The notes under the pieces: model-generated
What the model saw: the letters and a program-made list of their open reading frames with translations, nothing else
Told to the model about the DNA's origin: nothing
The model's database searches: none
Source: an uncultured virus (IMG/VR IMGVR_UViG_3300025127_000014)
Taxonomy: Duplodnaviria > Heunggongvirae > Uroviricota > Caudoviricetes
IMG/VR virus record: IMGVR_UViG_3300025127_000014
Strand: one strand, 5' to 3'
DNA: 55,735 nt
In this document: piece after piece, positions 18,707 through 28,045 of the stretch
How positions within the stretch are numbered: the first letter of the stretch is position 1
Layout: each line of letters begins with the position of its first letter
Program-made: the position numbers and the translations under genes

Positions 18707-20444
18707 GTCAATTGACATTACACCATCGCCCGATATGCTATACGCTATACGTCGTACCGGTTACGACATTTATCAGGCAATTTTTGAATTTGTAGATAAC
18801 AGTGTGGATGCTTTAAGAAAGGATTTAGAGAATAATCCTGATGCCGAGAATCCATATCTTCAAATTGATATCAAGGGGGATCAAAAAAAGAAGACTACCA
18901 GTATTATTGTTGCCGACAATGCTACCGGCATTAAGCGCAATTTTATTGAAAGTGGTGATGTTTTTTCTATGGGCCGCTCTGCCACTCGTACCGAGTCTAG
19001 TGAAGCAACTGGAGTTTTTGGTATGGGTATGAAAGCAGCCGTCCAAACTTTGGGCACAAGATTGAAGATCTTGACCACAACTTCAGATATTACTAACCTT
19101 GTTTGTGCCACATTGGATTACAACCAAGTGCTCAGTTCTGGCAAGTGGAAGGCAAGTTTTATCGATTCTGATGAAGTGACTGAGACTGATCGCAAGTTGT
19201 TCAGGAAGTATGTGGGCAGAAAGTCTGGCACAGTTGTGATTATTGACGATGTTTTGGATACTGTCCCGACCAAGGGCGCTTTGATGGACACACTCCGTAG
19301 GAAGACGACCCATAATTACAGACATGTTCTAAACCCGGGTTCACGTCTTGGTTCCTACCTGCCAATTGAAATTTATACGGGCGCTAAGCGCGAAACAAAG
19401 ATTAGCCATAATTGTGATCCTCTTTGTGTGGCTCACGAAAAAACTGAAATGCTTATAGGCGACAAGGAAGGTGCTTTTGTTGAACACACTGCCCTTGGAC
19501 ACACAATTAAAATTAGACTTTCGCACACTAAGCTGCGAGCAGGTCAAAAGAAGGGTTCGATTGAGGGTCTTGAAGATCTAGGGTACGGGCACGGCGGCGT
19601 AGTTAGACAAGGTGCCTATTTTATTAGAAACGGTCGTGAAATCGCAAGTATGCCATTCTGGAAGCATTCTAGTACAGCTGGAAATGTATTTGCTGAAATT
19701 TCTTTCATTGATGATGGAATTGGTCAACACCCAATTAGAACCGATTATGGAAAGAAGGGCGTAATCATTGACGATGATTTTAAGAATAATGTCTTAAAAT
19801 ATGTCATAAATCCTTTTCTCAAGAAGCTCGGTCAAGAATCTCGTCAAGCAGCCAAAGAAGCTACTAAGGGCACGCGCGATGAAATCAAAAAGATGATTGA
19901 GAAAGTTGCATTACCGAATGAACATTTTGGTCGAGCTAGGCAGACCAAGGAAGAGAAACAGGCTTCAAAGGTGAAGGATATTTTTTCTAAAAGTAACAGA
20001 AAATCGAGTAACCGTAAAAATTCTAAGTATCGCGGAACTAGTATTAGACATGGTGGACAAGATATTGAATTTAAAATCGAAGAACAGGCGTGGACGTCAC
20101 GCGGACTACCCTTCAATATCAGATATACTGCCGGTGATCCAATTGCTTATGTAGATGTGAATACAGAATATCCATGGGTCAAGAGAGCATTATATGAAAC
20201 TACAGATCCTAAGCTTATTGCTAGGGCATTCCAAATAATTTCAACCATGTGCATTTCTCTGATGTATCTTGAAGATGAACAGAGGGAGGAAATCCTTGAA
20301 CTTCAAGGGGTATTGCTTAATTTAATGGACGATGATTATGGCCAACGCATCAATCCTGAGATTGCGGACATGGAAGATCTTGAGTCTATTATAATTCCTG
20401 AATTAAACGTTGATGCTACACAAGCAGAGGAAATGGTTAACTAA
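18699..20444 (+). CDS. GHKL (MORC/HATPase_c-like) ATPase
   Basis: AGGAG then ATG 18699; N box EFVDNSVDA, G1 DNATGI, G2 GVFGMGMK, G3 GTVVII. Confidence 0.85.
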   Translation: MPKSIDITPSPDMLYAIRRTGYDIYQAIFEFVDNSVDALRKDLENNPDAENPYLQIDIKGDQKKKTTSIIVADNATGIKRNFIESGDVFSMGRSATRTESSEATGVFGMGMKAAVQTLGTRLKILTTTSDITNLVCATLDYNQVLSSGKWKASFIDSDEVTETDRKLFRKYVGRKSGTVVIIDDVLDTVPTKGALMDTLRRKTTHNYRHVLNPGSRLGSYLPIEIYTGAKRETKISHNCDPLCVAHEKTEMLIGDKEGAFVEHTALGHTIKIRLSHTKLRAGQKKGSIEGLEDLGYGHGGVVRQGAYFIRNGREIASMPFWKHSSTAGNVFAEISFIDDGIGQHPIRTDYGKKGVIIDDDFKNNVLKYVINPFLKKLGQESRQAAKEATKGTRDEIKKMIEKVALPNEHFGRARQTKEEKQASKVKDIFSKSNRKSSNRKNSKYRGTSIRHGGQDIEFKIEEQAWTSRGLPFNIRYTAGDPIAYVDVNTEYPWVKRALYETTDPKLIARAFQIISTMCISLMYLEDEQREEILELQGVLLNLMDDDYGQRINPEIADMEDLESIIIPELNVDATQAEEMVN

Positions 20445-20959
20445 TGAGTTCAATTAATACACAAAGGCAAGACTATAAAACTGTTAGCTCCGATTATGTT
20501 TATTCTCAAGGCGCCACGGCAAACTATACTGGCTCGCTAAATGAATATTCGACTCACGAGGCAATGGAATTGCTGGGCGTCGAGTCAACAAAGCTGAAGT
20601 ATCAATCGCTATACTCTACTACAAAAAAGGCCGAAATGGATTTAAATATTAAATCTTTGAAAATCGCCGCGGAATTAAGATACCAACAAGTGGCAGGCTC
20701 TGCTGATGAAAAAGGGTGTACATCTCTCTATAATGCTGGCCAGTGTATTGATTGCGAAGACTTTATTTTAGTACTTGCCGGCCCGCATTGGGATGGTGCC
20801 CGAGGCCAGAAACTTGTTGAAATGTATACAGCCGCGGCTGCAAATTTTAATAAACATCCTGAGACATTTTGCATAAAGGCAAAAAAACTACATGTTATGA
20901 GAAAATCTGAATTTATCGAATTCGTAAAACAAAAAAAGGAGAGATTACAAAATGGATAA
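20444..20959 (+). CDS. PD-(D/E)XK restriction endonuclease-like protein
   Basis: EMDLNI...IAAELRYQQVAGSADEK; TAATG coupling to ATPase. Confidence 0.6.
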   Translation: MSSINTQRQDYKTVSSDYVYSQGATANYTGSLNEYSTHEAMELLGVESTKLKYQSLYSTTKKAEMDLNIKSLKIAAELRYQQVAGSADEKGCTSLYNAGQCIDCEDFILVLAGPHWDGARGQKLVEMYTAAAANFNKHPETFCIKAKKLHVMRKSEFIEFVKQKKERLQNG

Positions 20960-21425
20960 AAACACACAAGTCGTAATGTTCTCGTCGAAGACCGGCGAAT
21001 GGGCCACACCCCAAGAATTTTTTGACAAACTTAACTGGCGCTTTGGGCCATTCGATCTTGACCCGTGCGCTGATCCTACAAATACAAAGTGTGCGAACTT
21101 CTTCACCGAGGCTGAGGATGGGCTATCAAAAAGCTGGATTGGATTTACTAGCTTTATCAATCCTCCTTATGGCCGCGGCATTGACAAGTGGATCAAAAAA
21201 GCATATCAAGACTCTAGAAACGAAGAGACCAGAATTGTAATGCTGATTCCCGCTCGCACAGATACCAAATATTGGCACGATTATGTCATGAAAGCAGACG
21301 AGGTATACTTTGTTAAGGGTCGGCTAAAGTTTGGCGACAGTGAGAATGCCGCTCCGTTTCCGTCTGCGGTCGTCGTATTTGATGGCTCAAATAGACAGCA
21401 GATCTTTGGAGCCATGAATCGATGA
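20952..21425 (+). CDS. Phage DNA N6-adenine methyltransferase
   Basis: EWATPQEFFD, FDLDPCA, DGL, NPPYGR, LIPARTDT, GRLKF, APFPSAVVVF. Confidence 0.92.
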   Translation: MDKNTQVVMFSSKTGEWATPQEFFDKLNWRFGPFDLDPCADPTNTKCANFFTEAEDGLSKSWIGFTSFINPPYGRGIDKWIKKAYQDSRNEETRIVMLIPARTDTKYWHDYVMKADEVYFVKGRLKFGDSENAAPFPSAVVVFDGSNRQQIFGAMNR

Positions 21426-21676
21426 ACAGAAAGCAACGCCGCGCACTGAATAGGAACTTAGATAAAAATACGGCAGCAAATCTCACGGAAAAAATTTCCC
21501 AGTTTGATAAGATGCCTCAGCAGTGCAGCGCTTGTCAAAAAGAATTTGACAAGAAAGATAAGGGTATGATAGAATCATGGTCTGTCGTTGTTAGGCAGGA
21601 AATGGTCAGATTATTCTGCCCAGATTGTATTAAAGCAGCAAAGGAGATATTAGATAAAAATGGATCAAGAAAGTAA
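21422..21676 (+). CDS. Zn-ribbon hypothetical protein
   Basis: MNRKQRR start; CSAC...FCPDC. Confidence 0.75.
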   Translation: MNRKQRRALNRNLDKNTAANLTEKISQFDKMPQQCSACQKEFDKKDKGMIESWSVVVRQEMVRLFCPDCIKAAKEILDKNGSRK

Positions 21677-22034
21677 AATTACAAGAATTACTCGAAAGAG
21701 TTTGGAGATGATACTCGATGGCATCGTACAAGAGCAGCATGCTGTCGTAATTAAATTCTATGGAGAGGAATGTTATTTGTGTCACAATTTAGCACCTCTT
21801 TATAAATCACTACCTGACGTTTACGAAGACGTTAAATTTTATGCTTTCAACATGGCTGACGGTGGGGAGTACATTGAAAAAAAATATGGGTTTGAAGGCA
21901 CACCGTCGATGTGTCTGGCTAAGACTGATGGAGCTGAAACACAAGTTAAATTCTTGAAAGAGCCCAAAAAACCAGACAGAGAAACATGGTATCATGAAGA
22001 TGATATTATCAAATTTATTGAGCGCTATAAATAG
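21660..22034 (+). CDS. Thioredoxin-fold protein
   Basis: VIKFYGEECYLCHNLAP; GFEGTPS cis-Pro loop. Confidence 0.8.
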   Translation: MDQESKITRITRKSLEMILDGIVQEQHAVVIKFYGEECYLCHNLAPLYKSLPDVYEDVKFYAFNMADGGEYIEKKYGFEGTPSMCLAKTDGAETQVKFLKEPKKPDRETWYHEDDIIKFIERYK

Positions 22035-22042
22035 GAGATACA

Positions 22043-22417
22043 ATGGCATCGTTAAAAAATTTAGAAGCCGCCCTGCTTCAACTTCAGGGCAAAGCACTTG
22101 AGCACTATGGTGCTATCGAAATATTAATCAATAACCCCGCGGGAATCTCAGATCACACTGATTATGTCGGTGAAATTATTAAACATGCGAAAGCATTGTC
22201 CGAGTGTGAAGAAGCATATGGAACTTTACAAAATCATTTTGTTCCCAAGCCACAGCCTGCATCGCCTGTCCAAATCAGCGAGCAACAGCCAGCTACCCGA
22301 TCAGAGCCGACCCAAGGGTCTATCAAGATAGATGAAGATAACTCTGCTACTATGAAAAGAGCGTTAAAAAGAGCTACATCGCGCAAAAAGAGGGAGACTA
22401 ATAAAAATGAACAGTAA
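22043..22417 (+). CDS. Hypothetical protein
   Basis: AGGAG RBS; overlaps next gene. Confidence 0.75.
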   Translation: MASLKNLEAALLQLQGKALEHYGAIEILINNPAGISDHTDYVGEIIKHAKALSECEEAYGTLQNHFVPKPQPASPVQISEQQPATRSEPTQGSIKIDEDNSATMKRALKRATSRKKRETNKNEQ

Positions 22418-23453
22418 CCTACACAACGATGCTCTGACTTATGATGATGTTTTACTCCAACCACAGTTTTCTGAGATCAGATCAAGATCTGATATTGATA
22501 TTGGTACCGATTTGGGCAATGGTCTAGAGTTATCATTACCTATATTTTCATCCCCAATGGACACAATTACCGGTGGACATATGGCCTCATCAATGTACAA
22601 ACTCGGAGGTGCAGGAATTGTACATCGCTATAATACAATTGAAGAACAAGTTCTTGAAGTTGTAAGTGCTTACGAACACAGTGTCAACTCAACAGCTCCG
22701 GTGCTTGGTGCGGCGGTTGGTATCTCTGGTGATTACTTGGAGCGCGCTACAGCATTGTTAGCTGCCGGCGTTGATTTTTTGTGCGTCGATGTAGCCCATG
22801 GCCACCATATTATGATGAAGGAGGCACTTGAGAATCTCAGGAAGCTAACTTCAGAGTTTCATATTATGGCCGGCAATGTAGCAACGCTGCAGGGTGTTAA
22901 TGATCTTTCGGATTGGGGTGCTGATTCAGTTAGATGTAACATTGGTGGTGGCTCAATTTGTTCTACTAGAATTCAAACTGGTCATGGCTTACCGGGTCTA
23001 CAAACTATTTTTGAATGTGCGAAAACAGATCGTGATGTTGCAATTATTGCAGATGGTGGTATAAGAAATTCTGGAGATATTGTTAAGGCTCTCGCGGCAG
23101 GCGCTGATGCTGTTATGTGCGGCTCCCTTTTGTCTGGGACAACTGAATCTCCCGGCGATGTTTTTGAGGGGCGCGATGGTTTTAAGTATAAATCTTACAG
23201 AGGCATGGCTTCCAAAGAAGCACAAATGAAGTGGAGAGGTAAGTACTCGTCTTTTGAAGGTGTATCGACGCAGGTGCCTTTTAGGGGCTCAGTGGTTAAA
23301 ATTCTTGAGGATCTTGAGAGGGGCATCAGAAGCGGCTTTTCATATACTGGGGCACGTAGTCTTAAACAGTTGCAAGCAAAAGCCACTTTTATTAGGCAAA
23401 CCAATGCCGGCCTAGGTGAAAGTCGTACACATATTAATACGAGGAAATGGTAA
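22407..23453 (+). CDS. guaB: IMP dehydrogenase / GMP reductase family, no CBS domains
   Basis: [54 protein letters not shown]. Confidence 0.88.
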   Translation: MNSNLHNDALTYDDVLLQPQFSEIRSRSDIDIGTDLGNGLELSLPIFSSPMDTITGGHMASSMYKLGGAGIVHRYNTIEEQVLEVVSAYEHSVNSTAPVLGAAVGISGDYLERATALLAAGVDFLCVDVAHGHHIMMKEALENLRKLTSEFHIMAGNVATLQGVNDLSDWGADSVRCNIGGGSICSTRIQTGHGLPGLQTIFECAKTDRDVAIIADGGIRNSGDIVKALAAGADAVMCGSLLSGTTESPGDVFEGRDGFKYKSYRGMASKEAQMKWRGKYSSFEGVSTQVPFRGSVVKILEDLERGIRSGFSYTGARSLKQLQAKATFIRQTNAGLGESRTHINTRKW

Positions 23454-23794
23454 TGATTGAAACTCTCAACAACTATGGTAAAACCCCGAAGAAAATAGTA
23501 TTCAATGTTACCGACCATGAACATGCCCAGTTGATAATACGTTTAAAACACAACTCATTGACCCAATCAGAATTTTTTAAAGCTATCATCGAGGCTGTAA
23601 ATAATAACGATGAACACATGGTATCTTTTATTTCTGATTATGCCAGCAAGAAGAAAAAATTGAATAAGAGCAGAATTCAGAAAAACAAAAAGTTTATAAA
23701 TACTGGACTACAAAAATTATCTGACTTTAGCCTAAATGAAGAAGAAGTCGAAGACGTTTTTGACTTGATAGCTCAGGAGTTTCCTGAATTATGA
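23447..23794 (+). CDS. Hypothetical protein, possible ribbon-helix-helix regulator
   Basis: KKIVFNVTDHEHAQL...LTQSEFFKAII strand-helix-helix pattern. Confidence 0.65.
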   Translation: MVMIETLNNYGKTPKKIVFNVTDHEHAQLIIRLKHNSLTQSEFFKAIIEAVNNNDEHMVSFISDYASKKKKLNKSRIQKNKKFINTGLQKLSDFSLNEEEVEDVFDLIAQEFPEL

Positions 23795-24039
23795 GAGGTG
23801 ATGGCTTAAGAGTGTGCTCTAAGGTCTGCATGGCTACCAATAAGCCGTGCGATAAAAAAGAGTGCCGGCATTTTATCAATTATGCAAGTGAATTTAATTG
23901 TGTCCTTATAACTGTATTTATGAATGGCAGTCTAACTCTAAGGCAAACTGCTGAGCGCTTGGGTATTTCATTTGCCCGAGTCAAACAAATTGAAATGAAG
24001 GCCTTGTCGAAAATGAAAAAGTCTGATTTAGCTGATTGA
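23791..24039 (+). CDS. Stand-alone sigma70 region-4-like HTH protein with Cys-rich N-terminus
   Basis: LTLRQTAERLGISFARVKQIEMKALSKM aligns with sigma 4.2 TLEEVG..F.VTRERIRQIE.KAL.KL. Confidence 0.8.
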   Translation: MRGDGLRVCSKVCMATNKPCDKKECRHFINYASEFNCVLITVFMNGSLTLRQTAERLGISFARVKQIEMKALSKMKKSDLAD

Positions 24040-24110
24040 TTAACATTTTGTGTCTTTTATCAATAATGACTACTATTTAAGTTTGAGTTTATTTTTAAGG
24101 AGAATTTACA

Positions 24111-24782
24111 ATGGCTCGTAAAACACTTTTAACCGAGGCTGAAATTCGCAGCTTCATGAAGCTTGCAAATTTAACACCTGTTGGTGATGCGAGACTACAA
24201 GAATGGGCGCCCCCTATTGAGGAAGAGGAAGTTCCTCTTGGAGAGGAAGAAGAGGAAATGGCCCTCGATGACGCCGAAGACGATGCACCCGCAGAGCCTG
24301 CTGGTGACATGGAAATGGATATGGATGTAGATGTCTCTGATGACGCCGGCGACATGGACATGGATATGGACATGGGTATGGATGATGCTCCCGCTGCTGG
24401 CGGAGACAAAGAAGAAGAATTCATGGATCTTGTCCAACAACTTGCTGATTTGATTGGTGTTGATGTTGAGATGGACGATGGCGGCGAAGCTGATCTTGGT
24501 GACGACGACATGGATATGGACATGGACATGGATATGGGTGACGATGTGGAGGCCCCGGCAGGAGGTGATGACTTGGGAGACGAAGCCGCACTCGATGACG
24601 ATGACGATATGGATGCTGCGGGCGAAGAAGAGCCCGGAATGCGTTATATGGAAGGTGAGGAAGACGACATTGTTAATGAAGTCAGCCGCCGAGTCGCTCG
24701 TCGTCTTCAACAAGAGAGCAAGAAGCAACAAGTTGTTGATCAGCTTGCGGAGCGCATTTTTAATCGCCTTGCGAGCAAGTAA
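24111..24782 (+). CDS. Highly acidic low-complexity protein with (MD)n repeats; possible scaffold/internal head protein
   Basis: AAGGAG RBS; D/E-rich core; helical termini. Confidence 0.8.
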   Translation: MARKTLLTEAEIRSFMKLANLTPVGDARLQEWAPPIEEEEVPLGEEEEEMALDDAEDDAPAEPAGDMEMDMDVDVSDDAGDMDMDMDMGMDDAPAAGGDKEEEFMDLVQQLADLIGVDVEMDDGGEADLGDDDMDMDMDMDMGDDVEAPAGGDDLGDEAALDDDDDMDAAGEEEPGMRYMEGEEDDIVNEVSRRVARRLQQESKKQQVVDQLAERIFNRLASK

Positions 24783-24785
24783 TGA

Positions 24786-24814
24786 TTGACAAACAGTAAT
24801 TTGTTTGATATAAT
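24786..24814 (+). promoter_or_regulatory. Consensus sigma70 promoter
   Basis: TTGACA-17-TATAAT with extended TG. Confidence 0.8.
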
Positions 24815-24843
24815 AACCATCTGAAAGGGTGGTTATTTTTTTT
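24812..24843 (+). terminator. Intrinsic terminator after acidic protein gene
   Basis: AATAACCATC-TGAAAG-GGTGGTTATT hairpin followed by T run. Confidence 0.75.
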
Positions 24844-24852
24844 GAGGTACCG

Positions 24853-25260
24853 ATGGGAATAGAACATTATGCTTTACATTTATTAACTTTTATATTCGGT
24901 TATGTAACTTGTAGAACTTTTTATTTTATTAAATCTGCGCGCGTGTCTATAATACTTTTAAAAATTATGCATGTTGTCAGTTTGTCGATCCTAATCAAAT
25001 GTATTGAAGAATATTCTCACGCTGGCTCGCAAAAGTTAAAAACCTTGGCAAACTGCGGCATTCTACCTAGCGATGAGGTTTACAAAAAAATTGAAATTGA
25101 GAACGAAAATAACATTACTTTGTTTAAAGAGAGAAGTATAGCCACGATTCTATCACTTCACCCTGAGTACTTTCGTAATGCCGTAGAGTTTGAAGATTGG
25201 AACACAGCTATGGTGTTCCTTCAAAGAAATAAAGAAATTGGAAAAGCATTTTTATCATAG
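24853..25260 (+). CDS. Membrane protein (hydrophobic N-terminus)
   Basis: GAGGT then ATG 24853; two hydrophobic segments. Confidence 0.7.
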   Translation: MGIEHYALHLLTFIFGYVTCRTFYFIKSARVSIILLKIMHVVSLSILIKCIEEYSHAGSQKLKTLANCGILPSDEVYKKIEIENENNITLFKERSIATILSLHPEYFRNAVEFEDWNTAMVFLQRNKEIGKAFLS

Positions 25261-25269
25261 GAGAAAGTC

Positions 25270-25923
25270 ATGCTTAATAAAATATTACAAAACATAAAAA
25301 AAATTATTGCTTCTGAAATGCAGAAATGCGATTCAAATAGAAAAGTGGTCTTGAAAGACGCTGATAACATAGCTGAGAACTTTACCGATTTAGACTTGCG
25401 AATTATTGGGTTATTCTCAGATGTTGACCAAGAGAAGACGGCTGAATTGACACAATTATTAATTTATCTTAATGAGGTTAACAAAGCTGAAAAAGATGAG
25501 AAAAGAAAAAAGCCAATTGATTTTTATATCTCAACATACGGTGGCAGTGCTGATGATATGTTTGCTCTCTATGATTTGATGAACATTGTCAAGGAAGATA
25601 CTGTTATTAAAACTATTGGCTTAGGTAAAGTCATGTCTGCTGGTGTTTTATTGTTGGCTGCTGGTACCAAGGGAGAACGAAGAATTGGAAAAAACTGTCG
25701 TGTCATGATACATAACGTCGTTGCTGGTAACCATGGTTCACTGCCTAATTTGACAAATGAACTTGAAGCAATCCAACAACTACAGGATGATTATGTTGAT
25801 GCTTTGGTTGAGAGCACAAAATTGTCAAAGAAGAAACTCAAAAAGATTCTGAACGAAAAGGTCAATGTTTATCTTTCAGCGGAAGAAGCTGTTGAATATG
25901 GAATTGCAGATATTATTATATAA
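25270..25923 (+). CDS. clpP: ClpP-family protease proteolytic subunit
   Basis: ISTYGGS, GKVMSAG (Ser), RVMIHN (His), YLSAEEAVEYGIADII. Confidence 0.9.
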   Translation: MLNKILQNIKKIIASEMQKCDSNRKVVLKDADNIAENFTDLDLRIIGLFSDVDQEKTAELTQLLIYLNEVNKAEKDEKRKKPIDFYISTYGGSADDMFALYDLMNIVKEDTVIKTIGLGKVMSAGVLLLAAGTKGERRIGKNCRVMIHNVVAGNHGSLPNLTNELEAIQQLQDDYVDALVESTKLSKKKLKKILNEKVNVYLSAEEAVEYGIADIII

Positions 25924-25928
25924 TTTAC

Positions 25929-25957
25929 TTGACATTTTTATGATAATGTCTTATAAT
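25929..25957 (+). promoter_or_regulatory. Consensus sigma70 promoter for groEL
   Basis: TTGACA-17-TATAAT. Confidence 0.8.
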
Positions 25958-25979
25958 TATAATACAACATGAGGTATAA

Positions 25980-27557
25980 ATGAGTAGAGCTTTTGACAAC
26001 AAGTCTTCACTACAACAAAAAATTCTTAATGGCGTCAATATTTTGGCAGATAATGTCGCCTCCACGCTCGGCCCACGAGGTCGCAATGTTATTCTCCAAG
26101 AGTCTGGTAGGGCCCCCTTTGTTACAAAGGATGGAGTTACAGTAGCACATTTTGTTTCACTTGATGACCCTTTTGAGGATGCGGGCGTGCAAATAATTAA
26201 GCAAGCTGCCATTGAAACTAATAACACCGCCGGCGATGGTACAACCACGGCAACAGTTTTGGCCAGATCTATTCTGAACGAGGCACAAAAATATATTGCT
26301 ACTGGTGTATCGCCAATTGAATTAAAGAGAGGTATTGATGCGACTGTTAAAGAAATTACACAAAAACTTGAAGCCATGGCAACCCCTGTCACTAGTGCGG
26401 AGGATATCGCTCACGTCGCTACAATTTCAGCCAACAATGATTCTACTATCGGAAATCTTGTTACTCTCGCTATTGATAGGGTGGGCGAGGATGGCTCCAT
26501 AACTATTGAAGAATCACGTTCTCTTGAAACCTCGATAGATGTAACCGAAGGCTTTAAGCTTGAATCAGGTTTCTGCGCGTCTGCATTTATCAATGATGAT
26601 CGCAGAGCTATCATGCATTACGAAGAGCCGCTGATTTTGGTTACTGATCATAAGATTTCTCAGGTTGAGCCTATATTACCATTGCTCGAAATGGTAGCTC
26701 GCGAGGGTCGGCCACTTATTATTGTTGCGGAGGACATTGAAGGTCAAGCTTTAGCTGCAATGATCATGAATGCAATGCGAGGTACCCTCAAGATTTCAGC
26801 TATTAAAGCTCCATATTACGGCGAAGAGCGCCGCAATTTGCTTGACGACCTTTCAATGTCTATTGGGGCTACGTTCGTCACGCGGGAAAGCGGCCAAAAG
26901 CTTCAAGACGTGCAGTTGTCTGATTTGGGAACTGCTAGAGCAATAGAGAGCAGTAAATATTCTACTACAGTAGTCGGCGGGAAATGTAATTTTAAAGATG
27001 TTGATGAAAGAATTGAACAATTAAAGTCTCAAATTAAACAAACTGACTCTTTATCTGAGGCTGAGACGCTGCAATCAAGAGTCGTAAGATTATCATCGGG
27101 TGTGGCGATAATTTCGGTGGGCGGCTCCACTGAGGTAGAGATGATTGAAAGGAAGCATAGGATCGAAGATGCCTTGGAGGCTGTAAAATCGGCCCAAGAT
27201 AAGGGCATCGTTAGTGGTGGTGGCACCGCTTTGATTCGTGCATGTCAAGATATAACAATTGAGACTAATCACGATGATCAATCACTTGGTGTTTTGATTA
27301 TTCAAGAGGCATGTAAATCTCCTTTCAAACAAATGGCATCAAATTCTGGCGAGTCACCTGATGTCTTAATGTGCCAAGTATGTGAATCGGACGATGATAT
27401 TGGTTGGGATTTCAGAAATAGTAGGTTGACTAATATGTATAGTAGTGGTATTATAGATCCTGTAAAGGTTACAATTACCGCGTTACAAAACGCTGCCAGC
27501 TGTGCAGGCACTCTTCTTACAACTGGCTACGCTATTATTCAAACGGAGACAACTTAA
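25980..27557 (+). CDS. groEL: Chaperonin GroEL
   Basis: TLGPRGRNV, TKDGVTVA, AGDGTTTATVLA, GGGTAL, GIIDPVKV; no GGM tail. Confidence 0.96.
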   Translation: MSRAFDNKSSLQQKILNGVNILADNVASTLGPRGRNVILQESGRAPFVTKDGVTVAHFVSLDDPFEDAGVQIIKQAAIETNNTAGDGTTTATVLARSILNEAQKYIATGVSPIELKRGIDATVKEITQKLEAMATPVTSAEDIAHVATISANNDSTIGNLVTLAIDRVGEDGSITIEESRSLETSIDVTEGFKLESGFCASAFINDDRRAIMHYEEPLILVTDHKISQVEPILPLLEMVAREGRPLIIVAEDIEGQALAAMIMNAMRGTLKISAIKAPYYGEERRNLLDDLSMSIGATFVTRESGQKLQDVQLSDLGTARAIESSKYSTTVVGGKCNFKDVDERIEQLKSQIKQTDSLSEAETLQSRVVRLSSGVAIISVGGSTEVEMIERKHRIEDALEAVKSAQDKGIVSGGGTALIRACQDITIETNHDDQSLGVLIIQEACKSPFKQMASNSGESPDVLMCQVCESDDDIGWDFRNSRLTNMYSSGIIDPVKVTITALQNAASCAGTLLTTGYAIIQTETT

Positions 27558-27760
27558 TGCAACAAGGAGATTTATTGCACATTCCGCAGGGCACTGAATT
27601 GTGGACTGAGACCGACAAGGGCATGAGAATGCGCATTTCTGAAAAGCCAATTGCTGGTGTTTACTTGGACACACGTAGTCAATATATCTATCGTGTTTAT
27701 GCCAACGGTCACTGGAATGTTAAGAAAAGAGATGTATATCCCATGGGGTTATCATGTTAG
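27557..27760 (+). CDS. Small SH3/KOW-like protein (MQQGDLLHI)
   Basis: GGAG RBS; TAATG coupling; GDL motif shared with accessory family. Confidence 0.7.
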   Translation: MQQGDLLHIPQGTELWTETDKGMRMRISEKPIAGVYLDTRSQYIYRVYANGHWNVKKRDVYPMGLSC

Positions 27761-28044
27761 TTAAACTCACGGAGGTGTGTGGAACCGGTGCAGTTACTAA
27801 CAATGCTAAATATTCTTTACGTGAAGTGTTTATTAACCCTGAACATGTTGTTATGGTTAGAGAAGAATACAGACTTAAGCAATTAAATGAACAAGGTCTT
27901 CTTTGCCAAGGCTTAAAGAACGATCATAGATTTTCCAAAATTGTAATTGACAAAGGAAATACTGGCACTGAAATTGTAGTCATCGGTGCACCAGAATTTA
28001 TTGAACAAACACTACATAAAAACAAACAAATTTTAAGAGGATAA
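27754..28044 (+). CDS. Hypothetical protein (FlbD-like N-terminal pattern)
   Basis: MLVKLTEV...VFINPEHVVMVRE. Confidence 0.65.
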   Translation: MLVKLTEVCGTGAVTNNAKYSLREVFINPEHVVMVREEYRLKQLNEQGLLCQGLKNDHRFSKIVIDKGNTGTEIVVIGAPEFIEQTLHKNKQILRG

Positions 28045-28045
28045 A

